Under the pieces are notes generated by a model. That model saw only the letters and a program-made list of their open reading frames with translations, did no database searches and was not told the origin of the DNA. Positions 42,646 through 52,399 of a DNA stretch of 64,000 nt are shown piece by piece. Origin of the DNA: Escherichia coli (GTDB taxonomy: Bacteria; Pseudomonadota; Gammaproteobacteria; Enterobacterales; Enterobacteriaceae); assembly GCF_024298765.1 (NCBI RefSeq), contig NZ_CP101210.1. One strand, written 5' to 3'. The translations under genes and the position numbers were made by a program. Positions within the stretch are counted from its first letter, which is position 1; every line of letters starts with the position of its first letter.

Positions 42646-44625
42646 ATGAACTTACAAGACAAAGAACAAAGCGCCAAACTCTCCAGTGCTATTTGGCGTA
42701 TGGCAGATGATTTATGGGGTGATTTCAAACACACCGATTTTGCGCGGATTATCCTGCCATTTTTGCTACTGCGTCGTATTGAATGCGTGTTAGAACCCAC
42801 CCGTGAGGAAGTTCGTAAGTTCTATCTGGCCGAAAAACAATCCGGCATAGACCTTGGTTTAGTGTTGCCAGAAATTGCGGGATTCGCCTTTTACAACACC
42901 AGTGAATATAGCCTAGAAACCTTAGGCGCGTCAGACACCGGCGACAACCTAGAACACTACATCAGCCAGTTCAGCAAAAACGTTCGTACCATCTTTGATG
43001 AGTTTAAATTTGGTCAAACCATAGAAGATCTGGAAAAAGCCAAGTTGCTGTATCGCATGGTAAACCATTTTGCCAACCTCGACTTGCATCCTGATGTAGT
43101 GTCTGACCGCGTATTATCAGATGCTTATGAAGAGCTGATTCTAAAGTTCGCCAGTTCGGTTAATGAAAAGGCCGGGGAATTTATGACCCCGCGTGATGCC
43201 GTGCGTCTTGCCACCAAACTGGTGCTGGCGGCGGATGAAGATATCTTTAGTGAAAAGGGTGTGATCCGCACCATCTATGACCCAACCTGTGGCACGGGCG
43301 GTTTCCTTTCCGATGCCATTAGCCAAATTGAAGAAATGGGCAGCAGCGCTAAAGTCGTGCCTTTTGGTCAAGAGCTCGACCCCGCGACCCATGCCATGGC
43401 GCTGACCAATATGATGATCCGCGGTTTTGATGCCAATAACATCAAGCAAGGCAACACCTTATCAGACGATCAGTTACGTGCCGACAAGTTTCACTACGGC
43501 CTTGCCAACCCGCCATTTGGCATTAAGTGGGAAAAAGCCAAGAAAGAAGTAGAACGTGAGCACAAACAGCTCAAATACGCCGGACGCTTTGGGCCAGGCC
43601 TGCCGAGTATTTCTGATGGTTCAATGCTGTTTTTACTGCACTTGGTATCAAAAATGGAAACGCCGGAAAATGGTGGTGGCCGAGTGGGTATAGTCCTTTC
43701 TGGCTCGCCACTGTTTAATGGCGATGCAGGCTCAGGCCCATCAGAAATCCGCCGTTGGCTGCTAGAACAAGACTTAGTCGAAGCGATTGTTGCCCTGCCA
43801 ACCGATATGTTCTTCAACACCGGCATTGGCACCTACATCTGGATTTTGACTAACCATAAAGAGCCAAGACGCAAGAATCAGGTGCAACTGATTAACTTGG
43901 CAGATATTTGGACTCCCATGCGTAAATCGCAAGGCGATAAGCGCAAGTACCTGAGTGATGAACAGATTGACGATATTGTCCGTGCGTACGATGGCTTTGA
44001 AGCCAGTGACAACTGTAAGATCTTCCAGACTACTGATTTTGCCTACCGTAAAGTCACCATTCAGCGTCCACTGCGTGCCAAACTAGATATTACCGCTGCG
44101 GGCATTGCTGCATTTGTGCAGCAAGATACGTTTAAAAAACTCAAACCAGAGCAACAAGCGGCATGGGTACAATACCTCACCGATAACCTTGGCCTTCAGC
44201 CTTATGAATGGGCACGTTTGGCGGTTAAGAAGAATAACAATAAGGGTGACTTTGGTAAGTGCTCAAAAGCACTGGCTACGGCCTTAACTGCGCACTTTGT
44301 AAAAATTGATCCGCAATTTGAGCCTGCACTGGATGAAAAAGGCCAAGTGATCGCCGACCCTAAACTCAAAGACACCGAAAGCATTCCTTTTGACCGCGAC
44401 GTTGAAGATTACTTCGCACAAGAGGTGCTGCCACATGTACCGGATGCCTTTATTGATCACTCAGTGCGTGATGAAAAAGACGGCGAAGTGGGCATTGTCG
44501 GTTATGAAATTAACTTTAACCGCTATTTCTACCAATACGTGCCACCACGCGAGTTGAGTGTGATTGATCGTGAGCTAAAAGCATGTGAAGCGCGCATTCA
44601 GGCTCTGCTGAATGAGGTGGCGTAA
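42646..44625 (+). CDS. hsdM: Type I restriction-modification system, DNA methyltransferase subunit
   Basis: AdoMet motif DPTCGTGGFL and catalytic NPPF (GLANPPFGIKWEK); 659 aa. Confidence 0.9.
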   Translation: MNLQDKEQSAKLSSAIWRMADDLWGDFKHTDFARIILPFLLLRRIECVLEPTREEVRKFYLAEKQSGIDLGLVLPEIAGFAFYNTSEYSLETLGASDTGDNLEHYISQFSKNVRTIFDEFKFGQTIEDLEKAKLLYRMVNHFANLDLHPDVVSDRVLSDAYEELILKFASSVNEKAGEFMTPRDAVRLATKLVLAADEDIFSEKGVIRTIYDPTCGTGGFLSDAISQIEEMGSSAKVVPFGQELDPATHAMALTNMMIRGFDANNIKQGNTLSDDQLRADKFHYGLANPPFGIKWEKAKKEVEREHKQLKYAGRFGPGLPSISDGSMLFLLHLVSKMETPENGGGRVGIVLSGSPLFNGDAGSGPSEIRRWLLEQDLVEAIVALPTDMFFNTGIGTYIWILTNHKEPRRKNQVQLINLADIWTPMRKSQGDKRKYLSDEQIDDIVRAYDGFEASDNCKIFQTTDFAYRKVTIQRPLRAKLDITAAGIAAFVQQDTFKKLKPEQQAAWVQYLTDNLGLQPYEWARLAVKKNNNKGDFGKCSKALATALTAHFVKIDPQFEPALDEKGQVIADPKLKDTESIPFDRDVEDYFAQEVLPHVPDAFIDHSVRDEKDGEVGIVGYEINFNRYFYQYVPPRELSVIDRELKACEARIQALLNEVA

Positions 44626-45911
44626 TGAATGCTGGCAACATAGTAGATGCTTTCGTATCTGACTCGAAATGGAACTCAGTACCAGCTAAACGTTTATTTA
44701 CGAGTAGCAAAGAAATCAATCAAGGAATGAAAGAATCTAATCGTCTTGCACTAACAATGAAAGGTGTCATAAACCGCTCGTTAGACGATTTACAAGGACT
44801 TCAATCTTCTGATTACTCTGTTTATCAGATTTTTGAAAAAGATGACTTAGTTTTTAAGCTCATAGATCTTGAAAATATAAAGACTAGCCGAGTGGGGATT
44901 GTGCATGAACGAGGAATAATGAGCCCTGCATACATCCGTGTTTCAGCGAGTTCAAATAGCATCTACCCAAGGTTCTATTACTGGTACTTTTTTGCTCTAT
45001 ACCTAACCAATATTTATAACAAACTGGGTGGAGGAGTTCGTCAGAACCTAACAGCTGGTGATCTTTTAGAAATACCTGTTCCACTGATTGATATTTCATT
45101 ACAGAAGCAGGTTAGCACATTCCTTGATCGCGAAACCCAGCGCATCGACAGTCTGATCGAGGAAAAGCAGACCTTTATTAAGCTGCTCAAAGAAAAACGC
45201 CAAGCACTGATCAGCCATGTGGTCACAAAGGGGCTCTATCCCAATGTGGAGATGCAGGACTCTGGCATCGAGTGGATTGGGCAAGTGCCGAAGCATTGGG
45301 AAGTCAAAAAGATAAAGCATATTTGCTCCAACTTTATGTATGGAACCTCTCAAGACTGTAACCAGTCTGATGTTGGCTATCCTGTTCTCAGGATACCAAA
45401 CATCAAGAGTACCAATGTTGATTTTGAAGATCTCAAATATGCAAATATCAGTGATGTTGATGCTTTAACTTATCTTTTATCAAGAGGCGACATTTTAGTC
45501 ATCAGAACTAACGGTAACCCTAATCTGGTCGGCCAAAGCGCGCTTTTTGATTCAAATGGGCAGTATTTATTTGCGTCGTACCTAATAAAGTTAACACCAA
45601 AGCAAGGAGTGGATACTAGCTTCTTAGTGGAAGCGATGAACTCACTATCTGTTCGTCAAGCATTAACATTTCAGTCAAGAACATCGGTAGGTAACTACAA
45701 CCTGAGCATTCCTTCACTAGCTAATACAAGTATTGCTATCCCACCAATTGATGAGCAAAAGACAATAACGAATTACTTGAGTGCAGCAACGATAAACATT
45801 GATTTACTGATTCAAGAGACTGATAAATCGATTGATCTTCTAAAAGAACACCGCACATCGCTGATCAACGCGGCTGTCACAGGAAAAATAGACGTCAGGG
45901 AGGCGGTGTAA
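44625..45911 (+). CDS. hsdS: Type I restriction-modification system, specificity subunit
   Basis: 428 aa with two target-recognition domains separated by conserved repeats (LIEEKQTFIKLLKEKRQALISHVVTKGL / LLIQETDKSIDLLKEHRTSLINAAVTGKIDV); start overlaps hsdM stop (TAATG). Confidence 0.85.
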   Translation: MNAGNIVDAFVSDSKWNSVPAKRLFTSSKEINQGMKESNRLALTMKGVINRSLDDLQGLQSSDYSVYQIFEKDDLVFKLIDLENIKTSRVGIVHERGIMSPAYIRVSASSNSIYPRFYYWYFFALYLTNIYNKLGGGVRQNLTAGDLLEIPVPLIDISLQKQVSTFLDRETQRIDSLIEEKQTFIKLLKEKRQALISHVVTKGLYPNVEMQDSGIEWIGQVPKHWEVKKIKHICSNFMYGTSQDCNQSDVGYPVLRIPNIKSTNVDFEDLKYANISDVDALTYLLSRGDILVIRTNGNPNLVGQSALFDSNGQYLFASYLIKLTPKQGVDTSFLVEAMNSLSVRQALTFQSRTSVGNYNLSIPSLANTSIAIPPIDEQKTITNYLSAATINIDLLIQETDKSIDLLKEHRTSLINAAVTGKIDVREAV

Positions 45912-48900
45912 TGGCTGCACATCATGAAGTGCATTTTGAACAATATATTACCGAGCAGTTGGTGAACAATGGCTGGAAAGAAGGCCATTCCTGCCACTAT
46001 GACCAGCAACGCGCCCTTTACCCGCAAGATGTCATGGATTGGGTAAAGGCCACCCAGCCAGATGCCTGGCACAAACTGAATAAACTGCATGGTGTGAATG
46101 CCGAGCAGGTGCTGTTGGAGCGTTTGGAAAAAGCCCTCTCTTCCCACAAAGCTGGCAGTAAAACAGGTGGCACCATTAATGTGCTGCGTAAAGGCTTTAC
46201 CATTGCAGGTTGCGGCACGATTGCCATGGGCCAACGCAAACCCGAAGATGCGCGCAATGAAGAGCGTATAGCCCGTTATGAGCACAACATTTTGCGCGTG
46301 GTGCGCCAACTGAAATATTGCCCGACTCGCGAGTGGGAAATTGACTTGGTGTTCTTTATCAACGGTCTACCCGTTGCCACCGCCGAGCTAAAAACCGATT
46401 TTACCCAGTCGCTAGAATCGGCGATTGCGCAGTACAAAGAGGATCGTCTGCCCGTTGACCCAAAAACCAAGCGTAAAGAGCCGCTGTTAACCTTTAAACG
46501 CGGTGCAGTGGTACATTTTGCCATGTCTGATACAGAAATCGCCATGGCGACCAAACTGGCGGGAGAAAATACCTATTTTCTGCCCTTCAATAAAGGCCAT
46601 GATGGTTCTACCTCTGATTTGCCCGTACACATCAACTTGCCGGGTGAAGATGGAGAGTATCCGGTCAGCTATTTTTGGCAAGAAATTGCCCAAAAAGATA
46701 ATTGGCTACGCATTTTCTACAGCTTTGTGTATGTCGAAACCAAAGAGGTTGCCGATAGCAATGGCAAGGTTGAGCGTAAGGAAACACAGATTTTTCCGCG
46801 TTATCATCAGTTAGCCGCAGTCAACAAGATGATTGATGATGCCCGCCAGAACGGCGCAGGCATGCAGTATCTTTGTGAGCACAGCGCCGGTTCGGGAAAA
46901 ACCTCTACCATAGCCTGGACGGCCCATGATTTGATTCGTTTACGCAGCACCGATGGTAAAGCGGTCTTTAAATCAGTGATCATTGTGACCGACCGCACCG
47001 TGCTGGATTCGCAGTTGCAAGATGCGGTGCAACAGCTGGATCATCAATATGGGGTGATTAAGGCGATTGATCGCGAAAAGAGCAGCGAGTCGAAATCAAA
47101 ACAGCTGACTGAAGCGCTATTGACTGGCACGCCGATCATTGTAGTGACGATTCAAACCTTCCCATATGCGTTAGAAGCGATTCTGACCAATCAATCTTTG
47201 GCACAAAGTAACTTTGCGGTGATCATCGATGAAGCACACACCTCGCAAACAGGCTCTACAGCCAAAGGGTTACGCGCAGCGCTTACTCTAAACCTTAGCC
47301 CTCAAGAGTTGGAGCAAATGAGCATTGAGGACATTCTTACTAAGGTGCAAGAAGCGCGCGCCATGCCCAAGAACGTTTCGCACTTTGCTTTTACGGCAAC
47401 ACCCAAGCACAGCACCAAGATGTTGTTTGGCCGCCCGAAAGACCCTAACCAACCAGTGTCAGATGACAATCTTCCTGAATCGTTCCACCTCTACACCCAA
47501 CGTCAGGCCATTGATGAGGGTTTTATTCTTGATGTGCTGGAGAATTACACCCACTACGATACAGCCTACAAAATTGGTGAGAACAATCTGGATGAGAAGC
47601 GCGTAGACAGCAAACAAGCTCGCCGCGCGTTGGCGCGCTGGATGTCACTGCACCCAACCACGGTCAGCCAAAAAGTCGAATTTATTATTAAGCACTTCAA
47701 GGCCAATATCGCTCACCTACTGGAAGGTGAAGCCAAAGCCATGGTGGTCACATCGGGCAGGCCACAGGCGGTGAAATACAAGCTTGCTTTTGATAAATAC
47801 ATTAAAAAGCATGGTATTGAAGGTATCCAAGCCTTGGTTGCCTTCTCGGGCAAAGTCCCCGGCAAAGATTTGGGTGATGAAGACAGCCAAGACCCGCTAG
47901 AAATTGATTTCGATAAAGAGTACACCGAGTACAACTTAAACCCAGACACGCACGGGGCTGACCTGCGCCATGAGTTTGAGAAAACCGAATATCGCGTCAT
48001 GTTAGTCGCCAACAAGTTCCAAACGGGCTTTAATCAACCAAAACTGGTTGCCATGTATTTGGATAAGAAAATATCCGATGTAGAAGCGGTGCAAACGCTG
48101 TCTCGCCTAAACCGCACCTATCCAGGCAAAGACACAACCTTCGTGATTGATTTTGTTAACGATCCACAAACCATTCTCAATGCGTTCAAAAAGTACGACA
48201 AAGGCGCGCAGCTTAATGAAGTGCAAGATGTGAACGTCATCTATGACATCAAAGATATTTTGGATGAACAGAACATATACAACCATCAAGATTTAGAGTT
48301 GTTTAAGCAAGCGCGTGGTAAATCGATTCTCGGCCAATCACCTGACAAAAAGCCACACGCGCACAAGAAACTGCTAGCTGCCACACAACGCCCTACCGAT
48401 GTGTTCAACGTTAAGCTCAAAGAGCTGGTTGATGCTGCAAACCATTGGGATCAGCAATACAACAAAGCGCACCTTGCGGGTGATGAAAAAGCGGCGAACT
48501 ACGCAGAATCTCAGCGCAGTGATTTCACCAAGCAGCGCGAAGCACTAATGCGTTTTAAGTCAGATTTAGCTCGATTTGTGAAGCACTATAGCTATATGGC
48601 GCAATTGATTGAGTTTGGTGATCCTGAACTGGAAAACTTTGCCGCGTTTGCTCATTTGCTATCACGTCGATTGAAAGGGGTAACACCAGAAAACATCGAT
48701 CTCAGTGCACTGGTACTAGAAAAATTCAAAATCAAATACGACAAAGAGCCGCTTCCAGAAGCGTTTAATCAGGTACTTGAACCTATCCGCCCCAACTATA
48801 ACGACCCTGCGGATCGTGAACAGGCATTTCTTGCCGATATCATTCGCCGCCTAAACGAACTGTTTGGCGATGTCGGCGACGAACCCGGTCGCCGAAACTT

Positions 48901-49147
48901 TGCCAACGGTACTATTACGCGTGTCACCCAAAATCCAATTGTGGTTGAGCAGATAGAAAAGCACGACAAGTCGATTGCCCTCAAAGGCGACTTGCCGCAA
49001 GCGGTGAAGCAAGCCGTTGTGCAGGCTCTGCTGAAAGAAGGTGATATAGCCCGAACGCTACTCAAAGACCCACAAGTTATGGCAAGTTATGTTGAGTTGA
49101 TTTTTGACATGATGAAGCAAGGTGCAGAACAGGCGGCGGTGAAATAA
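45911..49147 (+). CDS. hsdR: Type I restriction-modification system, restriction/helicase subunit
   Basis: 1078 aa; Walker A SAGSGKTST, DEAH box (IIDEAHTSQ); start overlaps hsdS stop (TAATG). Confidence 0.9.
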   Translation: MAAHHEVHFEQYITEQLVNNGWKEGHSCHYDQQRALYPQDVMDWVKATQPDAWHKLNKLHGVNAEQVLLERLEKALSSHKAGSKTGGTINVLRKGFTIAGCGTIAMGQRKPEDARNEERIARYEHNILRVVRQLKYCPTREWEIDLVFFINGLPVATAELKTDFTQSLESAIAQYKEDRLPVDPKTKRKEPLLTFKRGAVVHFAMSDTEIAMATKLAGENTYFLPFNKGHDGSTSDLPVHINLPGEDGEYPVSYFWQEIAQKDNWLRIFYSFVYVETKEVADSNGKVERKETQIFPRYHQLAAVNKMIDDARQNGAGMQYLCEHSAGSGKTSTIAWTAHDLIRLRSTDGKAVFKSVIIVTDRTVLDSQLQDAVQQLDHQYGVIKAIDREKSSESKSKQLTEALLTGTPIIVVTIQTFPYALEAILTNQSLAQSNFAVIIDEAHTSQTGSTAKGLRAALTLNLSPQELEQMSIEDILTKVQEARAMPKNVSHFAFTATPKHSTKMLFGRPKDPNQPVSDDNLPESFHLYTQRQAIDEGFILDVLENYTHYDTAYKIGENNLDEKRVDSKQARRALARWMSLHPTTVSQKVEFIIKHFKANIAHLLEGEAKAMVVTSGRPQAVKYKLAFDKYIKKHGIEGIQALVAFSGKVPGKDLGDEDSQDPLEIDFDKEYTEYNLNPDTHGADLRHEFEKTEYRVMLVANKFQTGFNQPKLVAMYLDKKISDVEAVQTLSRLNRTYPGKDTTFVIDFVNDPQTILNAFKKYDKGAQLNEVQDVNVIYDIKDILDEQNIYNHQDLELFKQARGKSILGQSPDKKPHAHKKLLAATQRPTDVFNVKLKELVDAANHWDQQYNKAHLAGDEKAANYAESQRSDFTKQREALMRFKSDLARFVKHYSYMAQLIEFGDPELENFAAFAHLLSRRLKGVTPENIDLSALVLEKFKIKYDKEPLPEAFNQVLEPIRPNYNDPADREQAFLADIIRRLNELFGDVGDEPGRRNFANGTITRVTQNPIVVEQIEKHDKSIALKGDLPQAVKQAVVQALLKEGDIARTLLKDPQVMASYVELIFDMMKQGAEQAAVK

Positions 49148-49701
49148 TGAATACTGCGTTTCGGGTTTTACTTACGTTCAATGCAACATCACTACTAGTG
49201 ATTATCTTTGCGGTACAAAAAGGGTACTCACTCGGATATTTCTTTGGTGGTTTCGCTTGCTTCGATTGGATAGCAGCACTTCCGAACGCAGTATCATATT
49301 TACTCTATTTTCTTATCCCTGTTTTATCGACTGGATTGAGTATTTGGCTGAGTAAGTATTTGGGTAAAGACGATTTTAAGGCGGGTGAAGTAGCGAGTAT
49401 TGAGCATGCCAATAACAGCTTCCTACCAAGTTATTTGGGTTACTTTTTCGTGGCGTTGAGCATTGGTAACTGGGAGACATTGTGGTTTGTTTATGGCGTT
49501 TTGTTTGTTTTTACTCTCTTATCGCAAGCACTCTACTTTAACCCATTGTTTTTACTGTTTGGTTATGAGTTTTATAACATTACAACCAAAAACGGAACGG
49601 CCATTTTCCTTATTAGCCGAGAGCGCTACAAGAAGCCAGATGACATCGAAATATCATTGGCTTATCGAATCAATAATTACACATTTATCGAGCGAGGATA
49701 A
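49147..49701 (+). CDS. Small polytopic membrane protein (about 4 predicted TM helices), candidate defense component (KwaA-like architecture)
   Basis: 184 aa with hydrophobic segments LLVIIFAV, WIAALPNAVSYLLYFLIPVLSTGLSIWL, YFFVALSIGNW, LWFVYGVLFVFTLLSQALYF; ATG overlaps hsdR stop (TAATG); AT-rich. Confidence 0.55.
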   Translation: MNTAFRVLLTFNATSLLVIIFAVQKGYSLGYFFGGFACFDWIAALPNAVSYLLYFLIPVLSTGLSIWLSKYLGKDDFKAGEVASIEHANNSFLPSYLGYFFVALSIGNWETLWFVYGVLFVFTLLSQALYFNPLFLLFGYEFYNITTKNGTAIFLISRERYKKPDDIEISLAYRINNYTFIERG

Positions 49702-50543
49702 TGATGGACCATGTACTGGCACATATAAAAACTAGAGCAAAAAAACGCATTTTCAAATTGGTTTCTGATCAATCTCTTTTTGATACCGTCACAATCGACT
49801 TAAATGCCTGTATTCCATACAATCCAGACCATAACCTTGACGAAGACTCATGGTTTAAAATTGAAGACTTTAGTCAAAAAGAGTTTTGTATTGAACTGCT
49901 AAAAAAAGACTATGATTCAAAAGACTACGATGACTTAACCAAAGATAACTTCGCCAAGATCGCCTACTTATTTGCAATTCAAGGTAATGATTTTTACTTT
50001 CAAAAAATCACTCCAAGCCTATTCGTAAAACGCAAAACGCTTGTTTTTGGTGAAGCCGCAGAAATTGAGAAGAGCCAAACACGTTTAGTAATAAACGCCT
50101 TACCTGATGCAGTGTACTTCAAAGTGGCCGATACCTTGATATTCAAAAATCTGGCAACGATCTCGAGCATTTTTAAAGGTATCGATGAGTTGTACAAGGA
50201 AGCAACAAAAGAAGAAGTTGAGCAGTTTTTAGATGCACAGTTTATAGAGTTGGGTAATGACTACAACGTAGATAGCGTCTCAAAACCTAATAGAAAACGT
50301 ATTGGCCTTGCTATGGCAACACTTGATGCGATGTCTGCTGACGATAAAGCTAACATGCTTGATTATATCGACGGTTACTGCGGTGAACAGAAGCTGAAAT
50401 TCGATAAAGAAAATCAGAAGTTTGAAATATCTAATGACGATGAGTTGAAGTTACTGCTTTATGGCATTGAACAACGCTTCTATACGACCCCGTTTGGCAA
50501 AGAAAAAAGGCTCGCTAACTCTGTAACCGCTATGGATAAATAA
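49701..50543 (+). CDS. Soluble acidic protein, partner of the membrane protein (KwaB-like position)
   Basis: 280-aa ORF, no TM segment, no recognised catalytic motif; ATG overlaps preceding stop (TAATG), GAGG SD. Confidence 0.55.
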   Translation: MMDHVLAHIKTRAKKRIFKLVSDQSLFDTVTIDLNACIPYNPDHNLDEDSWFKIEDFSQKEFCIELLKKDYDSKDYDDLTKDNFAKIAYLFAIQGNDFYFQKITPSLFVKRKTLVFGEAAEIEKSQTRLVINALPDAVYFKVADTLIFKNLATISSIFKGIDELYKEATKEEVEQFLDAQFIELGNDYNVDSVSKPNRKRIGLAMATLDAMSADDKANMLDYIDGYCGEQKLKFDKENQKFEISNDDELKLLLYGIEQRFYTTPFGKEKRLANSVTAMDK

Positions 50544-50578
50544 TAGCCCATTATCAGTAACATATGAAGGTTGATTCA

Positions 50579-51613
50579 ATGGCCGATAACATCCCACAAG
50601 CTCCTCAAGGTGAGTTTGTTCTTTTCACCAGTGCTGATGGTCAAACCCGCGTTGAGTGTCGTTTTGAGTCTGACACCTTGTGGCTTTCTCAGGCTGCAAT
50701 GGCAGAGCTTTATCAAGTTAGCTCTCAAGCAATCACCCAACACGTAAAAGCTGTCTATTCTGAAGAAGAGCTTGAGCAAATTTCAACTTGTAAGGATTAC
50801 TTACAAGTTCAACTGGAAGGTGGCAGAGAAGTAAAGCGAAGCATTCGTCACTACAGTCTTCCGGTTATTCTTGCAGTAGGATACCGAGTTCGCTCAACAC
50901 GTGGCACCCAGTTCCGCCAATGGGCAACCAGAATGTTGCAAGAATACCTAATCAAAGGATTCGTCATGGATGACGAGCGCCTGAAAAATCCGCCCATTGG
51001 CCATTCTGCTGTGCCAGATTACTTTGATGAAATGCTGGAACGCATTCGTGATATCCGAGCTAGTGAGCGTCGCGTTTATCTGCGAGTCAAAGAAATCTTT
51101 ACCATGGCTGCTGATTACGAGCCATCTAACCAAGAGACCAACCGCTTCTTCCAAACCATTCAGAATAAGCTGCATTATGCTTGTACGCATATGACGGCTG
51201 CTGAGCTTATCGCCAGCCGTGTGGATGCCAGTAAGCCGGATATGGGCTTAACCAGCTATAAAGGCGATGAAGTGCGCAAGACAGACGTTACTGTTGCCAA
51301 GAACTATTTGCGTGAAGACGAAATCAAAGAGCTTAATCGCATCGTCAATATGTGGCTCGACTTTGCTGAAGACCAAGCACTGCGTCGCAAGCAGGTATTT
51401 TTACAGGACTGGGCCGATAAGCTTGACCAGTTCTTGAGTTTTAACGATAGAGATGTATTAAACGGTGCAGGAAAAATCTCCAAGAAAGACGCTGATGACA
51501 AAGCGAAATTGGAGTTTGACCGCTTTGCCCAGCAGCGCCGTCGTTTAAAAGAAGCCGAAGGCGCACGGGCCAATATCGCAGCCCTCAAGGCCATACTAAA
51601 AAAAGATAAATAG
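50579..51613 (+). CDS. rhuM: RhuM-family virulence-associated protein
   Basis: ...RHYSLPVILAVGYRVRSTRGTQFRQWATRMLQEYLIKGFVMDDERL... matches the conserved RhuM core as I recall it. Confidence 0.7.
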   Translation: MADNIPQAPQGEFVLFTSADGQTRVECRFESDTLWLSQAAMAELYQVSSQAITQHVKAVYSEEELEQISTCKDYLQVQLEGGREVKRSIRHYSLPVILAVGYRVRSTRGTQFRQWATRMLQEYLIKGFVMDDERLKNPPIGHSAVPDYFDEMLERIRDIRASERRVYLRVKEIFTMAADYEPSNQETNRFFQTIQNKLHYACTHMTAAELIASRVDASKPDMGLTSYKGDEVRKTDVTVAKNYLREDEIKELNRIVNMWLDFAEDQALRRKQVFLQDWADKLDQFLSFNDRDVLNGAGKISKKDADDKAKLEFDRFAQQRRRLKEAEGARANIAALKAILKKDK

Positions 51614-51670
51614 CCGATATAGTACAGCCCTGATCTCTAATGAGTTGAGGGCTGTGTTGTAAGATCATAA

Positions 51671-52057
51671 CTATAAAGGATTATCCATCTTAAAATCGTC
51701 GATATCGCCTGTCATTTTGAATAGATTGGTGTCATTCCAACGGCACAGTTGTCTAACCCGCATTAGATTTGAGTTGGCTCTGCGGATTATTGAGAAAGCA
51801 TCTTCAACAGCAGTAATCACCGATTTTTCCCAATCTTGTGCTCGGGTAAAGGTGCTTTGTGAATAGCGATAATTGCCCTCACGGGGGAGGTAATGGCTGA
51901 TCACCTGGTATTTGTCAGAATTCTTTTTAGGTTTAAACTCGTTGTAAACCCAGAAAATTTCGAGTTTTTTGTTTCTTTGCCTTACACGACAACCAAAATG
52001 ACCTGGGTAGCCTTCAGAGTTTTTACCTCTATGTGCAACGTTGTTCAGCCAGAACAA
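51671..52057 (-). CDS. Hypothetical protein (possible gene fragment, TTG start)
   Basis: 128-aa ORF with non-ATG start; no homolog recognised; upstream in-frame sequence closed by a stop. Confidence 0.25.
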   Translation of the reverse strand: MFWLNNVAHRGKNSEGYPGHFGCRVRQRNKKLEIFWVYNEFKPKKNSDKYQVISHYLPREGNYRYSQSTFTRAQDWEKSVITAVEDAFSIIRRANSNLMRVRQLCRWNDTNLFKMTGDIDDFKMDNPL

Positions 52058-52399
52058 GTCTGCAATTTTTTGTGCTATGTAGAAGTAGCGGAGCTGTTCT
52101 ATTTCGGTTGATTTATGGGTGTAGTGTAGATATTGCTCTGATATGGTTAAGGAAAAAGCATTGCGTCGTCTTGATTAACATTTGTGCTATTGACAATAAA
52201 GGTTTCCCAAATATTAATTTGTGTTTCTAGTCCTTTAAATGATTTTGAGAAGGCTTCTATGTACTCAGATTGCGGTTGATTTCCCCCATTTAGTGCTGCA
52301 CCAAATGTAGCTATCTATTGTTCTAAAAATGAATGATTTTTGGTCATTACATAATCCTCTGTGTGGTTGATACTGCGTATTTTCATGAAAGGAGATCAC

